Shown: positions 9,222-18,653 of the stretch, piece after piece | Position numbering within the stretch: position 1 is the first letter of the stretch | Layout: each line of letters begins with the position of its first letter | Assembly: GCA_033549025.1 (NCBI GenBank) | Contig: JAWSUS010000013.1 | Span: 1-64,000 of the forward strand | DNA from: Desulfuromonadales bacterium | GTDB lineage: Bacteria; Desulfobacterota; Desulfuromonadia; Desulfuromonadales; SZUA-540 | Direction of reading: 5' to 3' | Length of the DNA stretch: 64,000 bases | Program-made: the position numbers and the translations under genes | Notes under the pieces: generated by a model | Told to the model about the DNA's origin: nothing | What the model saw: the letters and a program-made list of their open reading frames with translations, nothing else | Databases searched by the model: none

Positions 9222-10710
9222 TTTCGACTCCTTCCAGCCCTAAAGCCTGCCCCGCTGTAACAGGCAATTCAATCGTAAATGTCGTCCCCTCACCCAGTCG
9301 GCTTTCCACGCTGATCGTTCCCTGGTGCTGCTCAAGGAGCTGCTTGCAAATGGGCAACCCCAAGCCGGTACCCTGGGTTTTGGTGGTATAAAAGGGGACA
9401 AAGATCTTGTCGAGTTCTTCCTGGGGAATGCCCTTGCCCGTATCGGAAATTTTCAGCTGCACGACGGACAGTCCGTGCCTTTCCACCAGCCCTGTAGTCA
9501 GCATGAGCGACCCGCCGGCCTGCATGGCCTGAATGGCGTTGATACTGATATTGAGCACCACCTGCTGGATCTGCTTTTCATCGGCCCACACCGGCGGCAA
9601 ATCGCGGGTCAGGTCTTTGCGGCGGTGAATATTGCGGGCCTCCGGATGCTGGGAAACGAAAAAGAGTGTCTTCTTCACCAGGTCGTTCAGGTCGACATAG
9701 GAGAATTCCGGTTTTCCCGGACGACCGAACACCAGCAAATCGGTAGCCGTTTTATCCAGTCGACGAATCTGCTCGAGAATCTGCTGAAAGATATCGCGCC
9801 GCGGGTCATCTTCGGAAAAATCGTCGGCCATGACCGAAATAGCGCTGCTGATGCCGGCCAGGGGATTCTTCACTTCGTGGGCAACCCCTGTGGCCATCTC
9901 GCCCAAAGACGCCAGGCGATCCGCCCGCTCCATTTGTTGAAAATGATAACTTTCGAGCTGCTTTCGCGCCTGCTGCAGATTCTCGACCATGGAGTTGAAA
10001 CTGCTGCTGACCCGAGCCATCTCGTCATTTCCCTCGGAGATCAGGCGGACGCTGAGATCGCCGTTCTCGACCTGGGCCATCTTATCCATCAGCATCAGGA
10101 TGGGTCGCTTGACAAAACGGATGAGAATGACGGCACTGCCGATGGAGAGGAGCAGGAGGATAACCCCGGTGGTGGCAGCAAAAAACTCGGTAGACTCCTT
10201 CAGGCGCTCCGTAGAGGGCGACAGGGAGAAATTAAGGCTCAACAAGCCGATAATTTCGTCCTGCCGCTGCTCGTGACAGCGATAGCAATCCTGCTGGGAA
10301 CGGATGGGGCGCACCATGCCTAGGACCTCTTCGCCATTGACCTCGAAGGTGGTTGCAGAGCCTTTCTTTTGGTACAGCGCAAACTCCCTCGGGCTGACCT
10401 GCGTACCGATCTCGTCTGGCTGGGCGGACTTGATGATTGTGCCGTCCGGCTCAAAAATGCGGACATGCACGATGCGGCTGCCGCGACCGACATTTTCCAG
10501 GGTCGCCTGCACGTCATCGCTGTTGCCGACACGCATGGCGTTGAAAATGGCGTTTTCAATGGTCGTCAGCAGAAGCTCGGCGCTCTCTTCGGCGGACATT
10601 TCCATGTCCTGATGATCCCGCTGTATGTGCACCAGGGAAAAGGCGGCCACCCCGATGGACAACAGCAGAATATTGAGCAGGATCACGCGACTGATAAGAC
10701 TCTTGAACAA
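9214..10710 (-). CDS. Sensor histidine kinase with periplasmic CxxCH heme-c motif and HAMP domain
   Basis: Two TM helices flanking CYRCH; HEVKNPL H-box; GTGLGL G2 box; overlaps the regulator gene. Confidence 0.93.
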   Translation of the reverse strand: MFKSLISRVILLNILLLSIGVAAFSLVHIQRDHQDMEMSAEESAELLLTTIENAIFNAMRVGNSDDVQATLENVGRGSRIVHVRIFEPDGTIIKSAQPDEIGTQVSPREFALYQKKGSATTFEVNGEEVLGMVRPIRSQQDCYRCHEQRQDEIIGLLSLNFSLSPSTERLKESTEFFAATTGVILLLLSIGSAVILIRFVKRPILMLMDKMAQVENGDLSVRLISEGNDEMARVSSSFNSMVENLQQARKQLESYHFQQMERADRLASLGEMATGVAHEVKNPLAGISSAISVMADDFSEDDPRRDIFQQILEQIRRLDKTATDLLVFGRPGKPEFSYVDLNDLVKKTLFFVSQHPEARNIHRRKDLTRDLPPVWADEKQIQQVVLNISINAIQAMQAGGSLMLTTGLVERHGLSVVQLKISDTGKGIPQEELDKIFVPFYTTKTQGTGLGLPICKQLLEQHQGTISVESRLGEGTTFTIELPVTAGQALGLEGVESA

Positions 10711-10760
10711 CAGCAGGCCCCCCTGGCTGACCGATAAAGTACGGGATGTGACGGACCCGA

Positions 10761-11702
10761 TCAGGCCTTTTTCTGCAGGACCCGCTGGGCGGCTTCCACC
10801 AGATGGGCGGGTGTCAGTCCGTAATGGGCCAGCAGATCTTCCGCCGTGCCCGACTGCCCAAAGACGTCGCGCAGCCCGACGCGCTCAACCGGCACGGGGT
10901 GACTTTCACAGAGAGCCTCGCAGACGGCGCCGGCCAATCCGCCGATCACCGAATGCTCCTCTGCCGTCACCACCGCCCCGGTTTCACGGGCGGCCTTGAC
11001 CACGAGATCGGTGTCGAAGGGCTTGATGCTGCCCAGGTGCAGTACCCGCGCCTGCACCCCGCCTTCGGCGAGAATGGCGGCTGCTTCCAGCGCCTGCGCC
11101 GTCATCAGGCCGGTGGTGATGAAGGTCAGGTCGCTGCCGTCACGCAGGACATGCCCCTTGCCAATGGTAAAGTCGCAGCCGTGTTCGAAGACGACCGGCA
11201 CTTTGGAACGGCCCAGGCGCACGTAGACGGGTCCATCATATTTGGCGACCGCCCGGATGGCGGCTTCGGTTTCGGGACCATCGGCGGGGCAGAGCACGGT
11301 CATATGGGGCAGCGCCCGCATGATGGCCAGGTCTTCCACCGACTGGTGCGAGCCGCCGTCCTCACCCACGGTAATGCCGCCATGGGTGGCGACGATCTTT
11401 ACGTTGAGTTTGGCGTAAGCCACGGACTGGCGGATCTGCTCGAAAGCGCGGCCGGCGGCAAAAACGGCGAAAGTGGAGGCAAAGGGAATCATCCCCCCCG
11501 CGGCCAGGCCAGCGGCCATGCCGACCATGTTCGCCTCGGCGATGCCGGCATTGAAGAAGCGATCAGGGAACTCTTTGGCAAACAGAGCGGTTTTCGTCGA
11601 TCCCGACAGGTCGGCATCCAGGGCCACGATACGGGTATTTTCACGGCCGAGTTCGACCAGGGCTTTGCCATAGGCATCTCTAGTTGCGATCATCTCGCTC
11701 AC
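10761..11702 (-). CDS. Transketolase, C-terminal subunit
   Basis: GIAEANM, GEDGGSHQ, GPVYVRL motifs. Confidence 0.93.
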   Translation of the reverse strand: MSEMIATRDAYGKALVELGRENTRIVALDADLSGSTKTALFAKEFPDRFFNAGIAEANMVGMAAGLAAGGMIPFASTFAVFAAGRAFEQIRQSVAYAKLNVKIVATHGGITVGEDGGSHQSVEDLAIMRALPHMTVLCPADGPETEAAIRAVAKYDGPVYVRLGRSKVPVVFEHGCDFTIGKGHVLRDGSDLTFITTGLMTAQALEAAAILAEGGVQARVLHLGSIKPFDTDLVVKAARETGAVVTAEEHSVIGGLAGAVCEALCESHPVPVERVGLRDVFGQSGTAEDLLAHYGLTPAHLVEAAQRVLQKKA

Positions 11703-11747
11703 GGTATCCTCATCACTTTGGTTTAGTTACTTAAAAAAATTGTCGGA

Positions 11748-12566
11748 TCACAGCTGCTTGAGCGCCTCGGCCAATTCGGCGTCACTGGGCGGCACGCCAT
11801 GGTAGCTAGCCTTGTGCTCGAAGAAGGAAACGCCCTTGCCCTTCACCGTACGGGCGACAATCATGGTGGGGCGACCCTTGGTCTTTTCGGCGTCGGCCAG
11901 AGCCAGACAGATGGCGCGGATATCGTGCCCGTCAACCTCGAGCACGTGCCAGTTGAAGGCGAGGAACTTGGGGCCCAGCGGACCGACGTTCATCACTTTG
12001 GCCACTTCGCCGTCGATCTGCAGTCCGTTCTGATCAACAAAGACGCAGAGATTGTCGAGTTGGTAATGCGCCGCGGCCATGGCGGCTTCCCACACCTGAC
12101 CCTCCTGCACCTCCCCGTCGCCCAGCAGGCAGTAGATGCGGCTGTCGGGTTTGCGAAGACGGGCCGCCAGCGCCAGGCCGACAGCCTGGGAAAAACCCTG
12201 GGCCAAAGAACCGGTGCAAACCTCGACCCCCGGTGTCTTGTTCATGTCGGGATGTCCCTGCAGATGGCTGCCCAGACGGCGCAGCCCCTTGAGGTCGTCG
12301 CGAGAGAAATAGCCCGCTTCGGCCAGACAGGCATAGAGGGCCGGAGCAGCGTGGCCCTTGGAGAGCACAAAGCGGTCGCGATCCTCCCAGGCGGGATTAC
12401 TGGGATCGTGGCGCATCTTGTGGAAGAAGAGGACGGTCAGCACGTCGATGGCGGAAAGGCTGCCGCCAGTGTGGCCGGACTTGGCCGAGTTCAGCATTTT
12501 GAGAATTTCGACACGGAGATCGCGGGCTGTTCGCTCCAACTCCTGCACGGTCTGGTCAGTCAACAT
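11748..12566 (-). CDS. Transketolase, N-terminal (TPP-binding) subunit
   Basis: SGHTGG, DRFVLSKGHA, GDGE..EGQ.WE motifs; start placed at MLTDQ (12566) after GGGAG. Confidence 0.93.
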   Translation of the reverse strand: MLTDQTVQELERTARDLRVEILKMLNSAKSGHTGGSLSAIDVLTVLFFHKMRHDPSNPAWEDRDRFVLSKGHAAPALYACLAEAGYFSRDDLKGLRRLGSHLQGHPDMNKTPGVEVCTGSLAQGFSQAVGLALAARLRKPDSRIYCLLGDGEVQEGQVWEAAMAAAHYQLDNLCVFVDQNGLQIDGEVAKVMNVGPLGPKFLAFNWHVLEVDGHDIRAICLALADAEKTKGRPTMIVARTVKGKGVSFFEHKASYHGVPPSDAELAEALKQL

Positions 12567-12618
12567 CAGGCGGGTGCTCCCTTTCACAAACGTGCCCGCA
12601 CAGCGGCGGGCAAATGGA

Positions 12619-13107
12619 TTAGCGGGTTTTCTTGTCGTCGCCGACAAGGTAGGAAAAAATCAGATCATCGAGACTTTCCGCCGAGGCAGCGGAAGTCGGC
12701 GTGGTTTGCGAAGACGGCGAAGAAGACTCTTTGGTGGCCGTAGCAGGGATGGGGGCCTTCTTTGGGGACTCCGGCGGACTCGGTTCGGCGACCGCAGGCG
12801 CCGGCTCCTTTTTGCCCTGGGAAACGGACGAAGCGGCGGGCTTTCTGCCAAAGAGAGCCGCGTCGAGTTCCCCGTCTTTAAGCCGCCGGAGCATCTCCCG
12901 ATGCTGCGTTTTCATACGGCTTTCGACGACGGCTTCAAGGTTTTCTGTGCCAAGGATATCGGCATAGGAGGTTTTCTGGGACGCCAGAATGGTTCCGCCC
13001 TTGTAGAGCAGGGTGACGATATGGGGACTCTTCAGACCGCCGTCTTCGGTCTGAACATGGTAAACCTCGTTTTTATAACGGAAATTATGATTGAAGCCAA
13101 CGACCAT
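12619..13107 (-). CDS. Hypothetical protein (ordered N-terminal domain, Pro/Ser linker, C-terminal SLDDLIFSYL helix)
   Basis: RBS GAGGGA, host-like codon use, co-oriented with neighbours. Confidence 0.75.
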   Translation of the reverse strand: MVVGFNHNFRYKNEVYHVQTEDGGLKSPHIVTLLYKGGTILASQKTSYADILGTENLEAVVESRMKTQHREMLRRLKDGELDAALFGRKPAASSVSQGKKEPAPAVAEPSPPESPKKAPIPATATKESSSPSSQTTPTSAASAESLDDLIFSYLVGDDKKTR

Positions 13108-13210
13108 GCCGTCCCTCTCATCATCCTGTAATAATCATGGCGAAACTAGCATACTCCGCCAAATGGCGCAACAGGATTGATGTTATTCCGTCTTAACACC
13201 ACAGAGGCGG

Positions 13211-15622
13211 TTAGTCCTTGCGAGCCTCACGGAAGAGCGCCTTGACCTTGTCCACCGCTTCCAGGGCATCGGCGGCATAGAGATCGGCACCGATGCTGTC
13301 GGCGTAATCCTGACTGACCACGGCGCCACCGACCATGGTAAAGACCCGCACCCCGGCATCCCGCAACTGGCGGATAGTCACCTCCATCTGGTTCAGGGTC
13401 GTGGTCATCAACGCCGACAGGCCAACGGCATCGACCTGATGATGGGTCGCCTGTTCGACAATGCGGGCCGCCGGCACGTTCTTGCCGAGGTCGATGACCT
13501 CGAAACCGTGATTTTCCAGCAGGGTACAGACAATGTTTTTGCCGATGTCGTGAATATCTCCCTCGACGGTGGCCATGAGAATGCGCCCCAGCCCGCGCCC
13601 CTGTTGCCCTTTCATCTCTTGCTTCAGCCGGCCAAAGGCCGCATGCATGGTTTCAGCGGAAAGCATGACCTGAGGCAGGAAGATCTGATTCTTGCCGAAC
13701 CGGCGACCGACTTCTTCCAGACCGGGCAGCAGCCCTTCGTTGCTAACCACCAAAGGTTCCAGGCCTGCCGCCAGTGCCTCCTCGACCAGGGCGACAATGC
13801 CTTCCTGATCGCCTTCGAGAACGGCGGCAGCCAAACGCTGGCGGACATCCGGGGGGACACCGTCATTCTGCGGGGCGGCGACAGGAGCGCTGACGCCGCC
13901 GTAGACATCGATATAGGCCTCCGCCCGCTGATCCCCGCCCAGCAGCACCATGGCCGCCCGATAGGCGTCCATCATGCGCTCTTCCTTGGGGTTGACGATG
14001 GCCGCGGCCAGCCCCGCTTCCAGGGCCATGGCAAAAAAGGTAGCGGAAAGAACGGAGCGCGTCGGCAAGCCGAAGGAGATGTTGCTGACCCCCAACACCG
14101 TGCCCAACCCGAGCTCCGACTTCACCAGACGCAGAGCGTGGATGGTCTCCATGGCCCGCTTCTGCTCGGCCGAAACCGTAAGCGTGAGGCAGTCGATGAT
14201 CACATCCTCTTTGGGCAACCCCACAGCCTCGGCGGCCCGCAGGATTTTGCGAGCGACCTCAAGGCGACCCGCGGCCGTCTCGGGGATGCCCGACTCGTCG
14301 AGAGCCAGACCGATGACGGCGGCGCCATACTTACGGGCGAGAGGCAGAATTTTAGCCAGGCTTTTTTCTTCGCCGGACACGGAATTGATGAGCACCTTGC
14401 CGTCAGCGGCTTTCAAGCCTTTTTCCAGCGCGACGGGGTCGGAAGAGTCCAGAACAAGCGGCGCCGACACCACCCCGCTCACCGCGTAGACGGCCCGCTC
14501 CAGGGCGGCGGGTTCATCCACCCCCGGCCTTCCGCAGTTGACGTCGAGCAGGGTAGCTCCCGCCGCGACCTGCTCCTGGGCCTCGCGACGGATATAGGCG
14601 GTCTTGCCCTCGCGCAGTTCGGCCGTGTACTTTTTCTTGCCGGTAGGATTGATGCGCTCGCCGATCACGGCACAGGGAGCATCCCCCCCAATGGGGACGA
14701 CGGTGCTGCGACTGGAAAGGTAACCGCGCCGAGGCGGCGCCTGCCAGGCCAATGAGCGCCCCTGTAAAGCCAGACGCATGGCACGGATATGGACGGGGGT
14801 AGTGCCGCAGCAACCGCCGATGATGCGAACCCCGATGGCCAGCAGGCGGTCGTGATAGGCCGTCATCTCTTCGGGCGTGCCGGGAAAAACCGTGACGCCG
14901 TTGCGCAATTCGGGCAGGCCGGCGTTGGCCTGGGAAATCAGCGGCCGTGAGGTAACGGCGCGCATCTTTTCCAGCAGGGCATAGATACCGTCGATGCCCA
15001 GGCCGCAGTTGGAGCCGATCACGTCCACGCCAAGGGCGTCCAGGGTCACCGCCGCCGCTTCCGGCGGGGTGCCGAGCACGCTGCGGCCGCCGTCATCAAA
15101 GGTCATCTGGGCGACAATGGGCAGGGAAGAGAACTCGCGGGCCGCGATCACGGCAGCGCGAAGTTCGCGGATATCGAGAAAGGTCTCCATAGTGACCAGG
15201 TCGGCGCCGGCATCGGCAAAGGCCCGCACCTGCTCGCCGAAAACCGCGACCATCTCATCGAAATCGGCATCGCCGACGGGAGTCAGAAAACGCCCCGTGG
15301 GACCGATGGAGCCAGCCACGAAGCGGTCGTGACCGGCGGCCTGCCGCGCCAGCTCGACGGCGCGGGCATTGAGATCATAGACCCGATCCTGCAGGCCATA
15401 GTGGCCCAGCTTGGCAGAACTGCCGCCAAAGGTGTTGGTGACGATGATATCGGCACCAGCCTCGACGTACTCCCGGTGGATGCCGACAACGACCTCGGGG
15501 GCGCTTTCGTTCATGGCCTCGGGGCAACCGCCCGGGGCCAGCCCCCGCTCCTGCAACATCGTTCCCATAGCCCCGTCGAGAATCAGAACCTGTTTTGCGA
15601 GCGCCTCACGAAAATCGGCCAT
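13211..15622 (-). CDS. metH: Cobalamin-dependent methionine synthase (Hcy, pterin and B12 domains; no AdoMet reactivation domain)
   Basis: LDGAMGT, GGCCGT, IGERINPTG, GDIHDIGKNIV motifs; 803 aa. Confidence 0.9.
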   Translation of the reverse strand: MADFREALAKQVLILDGAMGTMLQERGLAPGGCPEAMNESAPEVVVGIHREYVEAGADIIVTNTFGGSSAKLGHYGLQDRVYDLNARAVELARQAAGHDRFVAGSIGPTGRFLTPVGDADFDEMVAVFGEQVRAFADAGADLVTMETFLDIRELRAAVIAAREFSSLPIVAQMTFDDGGRSVLGTPPEAAAVTLDALGVDVIGSNCGLGIDGIYALLEKMRAVTSRPLISQANAGLPELRNGVTVFPGTPEEMTAYHDRLLAIGVRIIGGCCGTTPVHIRAMRLALQGRSLAWQAPPRRGYLSSRSTVVPIGGDAPCAVIGERINPTGKKKYTAELREGKTAYIRREAQEQVAAGATLLDVNCGRPGVDEPAALERAVYAVSGVVSAPLVLDSSDPVALEKGLKAADGKVLINSVSGEEKSLAKILPLARKYGAAVIGLALDESGIPETAAGRLEVARKILRAAEAVGLPKEDVIIDCLTLTVSAEQKRAMETIHALRLVKSELGLGTVLGVSNISFGLPTRSVLSATFFAMALEAGLAAAIVNPKEERMMDAYRAAMVLLGGDQRAEAYIDVYGGVSAPVAAPQNDGVPPDVRQRLAAAVLEGDQEGIVALVEEALAAGLEPLVVSNEGLLPGLEEVGRRFGKNQIFLPQVMLSAETMHAAFGRLKQEMKGQQGRGLGRILMATVEGDIHDIGKNIVCTLLENHGFEVIDLGKNVPAARIVEQATHHQVDAVGLSALMTTTLNQMEVTIRQLRDAGVRVFTMVGGAVVSQDYADSIGADLYAADALEAVDKVKALFREARKD

Positions 15623-16236
15623 CAGTTTCTCCCTTCCGGATCGGTTGCCAGAGGCTCGGCAGGAGCCACGGCGGCGGGCTCGCGGGCGAAGCGAAAGTCC
15701 ACCGTCACCGGCTCAGCTATCCCGACATGCCCCCGGATGCTTTCACGGCGCTGTCCCTCAATCAGAAACTGCACCTGCCGAATATAGGGGAAATTGGCCG
15801 CCAGCGTATTCGTCACCCCATAAACCGTCATCAGCTCGGAAAAACTTCCTCCCGGATGAAGCGACACCAGGTCGGCGCTGAAATCGACCGTGGCCAGCGA
15901 GCCTTCCACCCGGATATCCCGCAGCACGGTTTGCGCCGGCAAAACAGCCAGGGAGGAGGTAGCCGGCCCGTCGATCAGGGCCTGCATGGTATCCCGCAGG
16001 CAATCTTCCTCCTGCTGGCAATCTTCGATCTCGCGGGTCTCGGGGAGCAGGTAGTCGGCCGAAGGGGCGGCGAAATAGAGCATGATTTCGCGCATGACTT
16101 TGGGCTCTTCCACCTCAACCGGCTGCGGCACGGGAGTCGGCGGCGACGCCAGATAGTTTCTCAGCACCAGCGCACCCAGCGCCAGCACGATCACGGCTGC
16201 AACGATCAGAAGCAGGCGATTACCCTTCATAAACAT
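15622..16236 (-). CDS. GerMN-domain membrane-anchored protein
   Basis: N-terminal TM helix; LYFA...L..E.R, ALIDGP, VDFS, VQFLIEG motifs; adjacent to murI. Confidence 0.82.
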   Translation of the reverse strand: MFMKGNRLLLIVAAVIVLALGALVLRNYLASPPTPVPQPVEVEEPKVMREIMLYFAAPSADYLLPETREIEDCQQEEDCLRDTMQALIDGPATSSLAVLPAQTVLRDIRVEGSLATVDFSADLVSLHPGGSFSELMTVYGVTNTLAANFPYIRQVQFLIEGQRRESIRGHVGIAEPVTVDFRFAREPAAVAPAEPLATDPEGRN

Positions 16237-16278
16237 CGATCTCCTTACACTTTTCAGACTGGCGATAAAATCAGACGG

Positions 16279-17082
16279 TCAGATCCAGTCGAGTTCGATC
16301 TGCTCCACACCGAGCAGATCCGCTCCCAGAAAGGCCCCGCCCACCTTCTCAAAACGGGTCGGCACATCGGTGACGAAAAAAGATCTTTTCCCGGAAGCGG
16401 TCCGGCGCAACAGATCGGCCGAGGCCAGGGTTTCAGCCACCGTGCGGGCAGTCTCCTCCGCCGAATCGATCAAACGTACCGCCTCGCCCATGACGGCGCG
16501 TATGGTGTTTTTCAACAAGGGATAGTGAGTGCACCCCAAAACCAGGGTGTCGATGGCGTGAGCCCGGAGGGGAGCCAGATATTCCTCGGCCGTCAAATGG
16601 GTCACGGGATGATCGAGCCAACCCTCTTCCGCCAGGGGCACAAAAAGAGGACAGGGAACATTAATGACGTCGAGGGAGGAATTGCAGCGATGGATGGCAG
16701 CGGTGTAGGCGGCGCTCTTGACGGTTCCTTCGGTGCCAATCACACCGATGCGGCCAGAACGGGTCTGGGCCGCCGCCGTACGGGCGCCCGGCTCGATCAC
16801 GCCAATGACGGGCAGGCTGAAGTGCTCCGCCAGCGCCGGCAACGCCACGGAAGAGGCCGTATTGCAGGCCACCACCAGCATCTTGACCCGATGCTTGACC
16901 AGAAAGGCGGCCGCCTCCAGGGCGTAGCGCACGACGGTCTGCGGGCTCTTGGTCCCGTAGGGAACCCGGGCCGTATCGCCGAGATAGACAATATCCTCAC
17001 CGGGGAGCTGGCCCACGATCTCCTTGAGAACGGTAAGCCCCCCGACCCCTGAATCAAAAACACCTATGGCACGTTCGGACAA
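16279..17082 (-). CDS. murI: Glutamate racemase
   Basis: IGVFDSGVGGLT, VACNTAS, LGCTHYP; TTG start at 17082. Confidence 0.96.
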   Translation of the reverse strand: MSERAIGVFDSGVGGLTVLKEIVGQLPGEDIVYLGDTARVPYGTKSPQTVVRYALEAAAFLVKHRVKMLVVACNTASSVALPALAEHFSLPVIGVIEPGARTAAAQTRSGRIGVIGTEGTVKSAAYTAAIHRCNSSLDVINVPCPLFVPLAEEGWLDHPVTHLTAEEYLAPLRAHAIDTLVLGCTHYPLLKNTIRAVMGEAVRLIDSAEETARTVAETLASADLLRRTASGKRSFFVTDVPTRFEKVGGAFLGADLLGVEQIELDWI

Positions 17083-17129
17083 AAGAGGCCCTTTCCGTCG
17101 GATAGCTGAAGCGCCTGAACAAGCATGCA

Positions 17130-17158
17130 ATCCTAGAAAAACCACCCTGAAAAGTCAA
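17130..17158 (-). promoter_or_regulatory. Sigma-70-type promoter for murI
   Basis: TTGACT-N17-TAGGAT. Confidence 0.6.
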
Positions 17159-17273
17159 GGAAAACGCCCTTTTTTCGCTTTGTCTTCCTGATAAAAACTG
17201 ATATGGTACTCAATCGGTCGCACCCAGGTGCTTCACACATCCGCAACCTTATCCAGCAAGGGAGATTGGCTTC

Positions 17274-17606
17274 ATGGATTTTTCCAGCGTCGCTGAATTC
17301 TTTGAGCGCTTCCAGACCGAACGGGTTATCGAATTTCTCAACGACATGAACGTCGGTGAGCTCATTTACAACCCCCTCTTCCTGGGCATCATGGGCGGCC
17401 TGGCCATTCTGGCCCTGATCATGCGCTGGCGCATGCTGCTCGTCACCCTCTTCAGCGTTGTCGGTTTTGCCGGTCTGATTTCCTACACGCTGGAGCGCGG
17501 CACGGATATCAGCAGCCCCAGCGATCCGACGCTGCTCATTTTCGTCGTCGCCGGGGCCGTACTGGTTATGGCGGCCATCTATTTCCTTTTTATCAAAGGG
17601 GACTGA
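17274..17606 (+). CDS. Small membrane protein (about 3 TM helices), unknown function
   Basis: GGGAG RBS; hydrophobic segments. Confidence 0.75.
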   Translation: MDFSSVAEFFERFQTERVIEFLNDMNVGELIYNPLFLGIMGGLAILALIMRWRMLLVTLFSVVGFAGLISYTLERGTDISSPSDPTLLIFVVAGAVLVMAAIYFLFIKGD

Positions 17607-17663
17607 TGACACGCCCTTTCCTACCCCCGTTCTGACCTCATCTGACTCACTGGTGGAGATTCC

Positions 17664-17933
17664 ATGCTGAAAAAACGTGATTTAGCCCTGATCGCTCTCG
17701 CCGTTATCATCGTGGCCTTTCTCTGGGCTGCTCCCGAAGAATCGACCAGCCGCGTCCCCTACGACGATACCCATCGCCCGTACTTCGAGATGGTCAAAAA
17801 AGAAGGCAAAAAAGCGGCAGAGAAACATTGCGAAACCTGCCACAATGCCGAGGGCGTCCCCTTCCCGGCCGAGCATCCTCCCAAATTCCGCTGCCTGTTC
17901 TGCCACAAACTGGAAGAAACGCCGTCATCCTAG
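17664..17933 (+). CDS. Small membrane-anchored diheme c-type cytochrome
   Basis: N-terminal hydrophobic helix; CETCH and CLFCH; GGAG RBS. Confidence 0.85.
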   Translation: MLKKRDLALIALAVIIVAFLWAAPEESTSRVPYDDTHRPYFEMVKKEGKKAAEKHCETCHNAEGVPFPAEHPPKFRCLFCHKLEETPSS

Positions 17934-17951
17934 AGCGCAGGCGTTTAGGCC

Positions 17952-18566
17952 ATGTCTGAACTCGATAATCGCCCGAGGGAAATCGATCTCAGCGAAGCGA
18001 TGGACGGCCTTTGCCGCGACCTCTGCCTCCGCCTGCCGGAACTGCGTCACATTGATCCCGACCGGGTTCTGTTTTCTCTCAGCCGTTCGCGGGCTGGCGG
18101 CACCCACGGCGTCTATGCCCGCATCGCTCCCCTGCGGTTTTCCAACGGCCAGGTGGAAAACAGTCGCCGCCGGGGACGCTACCTGGAAACCTTTCGGATG
18201 CCCCGACTTCGGCACGACGGGCGCGACATTCTCTACCTGATCACTCTCATGACGCCCCGGTTTCTGCGCCTGTCCTTCGAGCAGAAACTCACCACGATCA
18301 TTCACGAGCTCTATCATATCTCTGAAGGATTCGACGGCGACATCCGCCGTTTTCCTGGCCGCAATTTCGCCCACGGCTCTTCCCGCGCCGCCTACAACCG
18401 CATCATCGACACCCTGATGCAAACCTATCTGCGCACAGACCCCGACCCGGCCCTGCTCGCCCCCCTGCGCCTCGAGGAAATAGACTGGCAGGAAGGGCGC
18501 GTCAGGCTGTCAGGGCTGCGTTTTCCTCTGCCCAAAGCCAAACTGGTCGCCCGCGTGCGTGTTTGA
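17952..18566 (+). CDS. Putative zinc metallopeptidase
   Basis: HELYH (HExxH) motif. Confidence 0.7.
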   Translation: MSELDNRPREIDLSEAMDGLCRDLCLRLPELRHIDPDRVLFSLSRSRAGGTHGVYARIAPLRFSNGQVENSRRRGRYLETFRMPRLRHDGRDILYLITLMTPRFLRLSFEQKLTTIIHELYHISEGFDGDIRRFPGRNFAHGSSRAAYNRIIDTLMQTYLRTDPDPALLAPLRLEEIDWQEGRVRLSGLRFPLPKAKLVARVRV

Positions 18567-18589
18567 AGGCGGAGCAACCACCCTCCACC

Positions 18590-18618
18590 AAATAAAACAC
18601 CGGGGACAAACCCCGGTG
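18590..18618 (-). terminator. Terminator downstream of nikMN
   Basis: CACCGGGG-N5-CCCCGGTG followed by TTTTATTT on the minus strand. Confidence 0.7.
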
Positions 18619-18653
18619 CCGATGTTCGCAAAAAGTTTTCGCGTCACGCCGTC

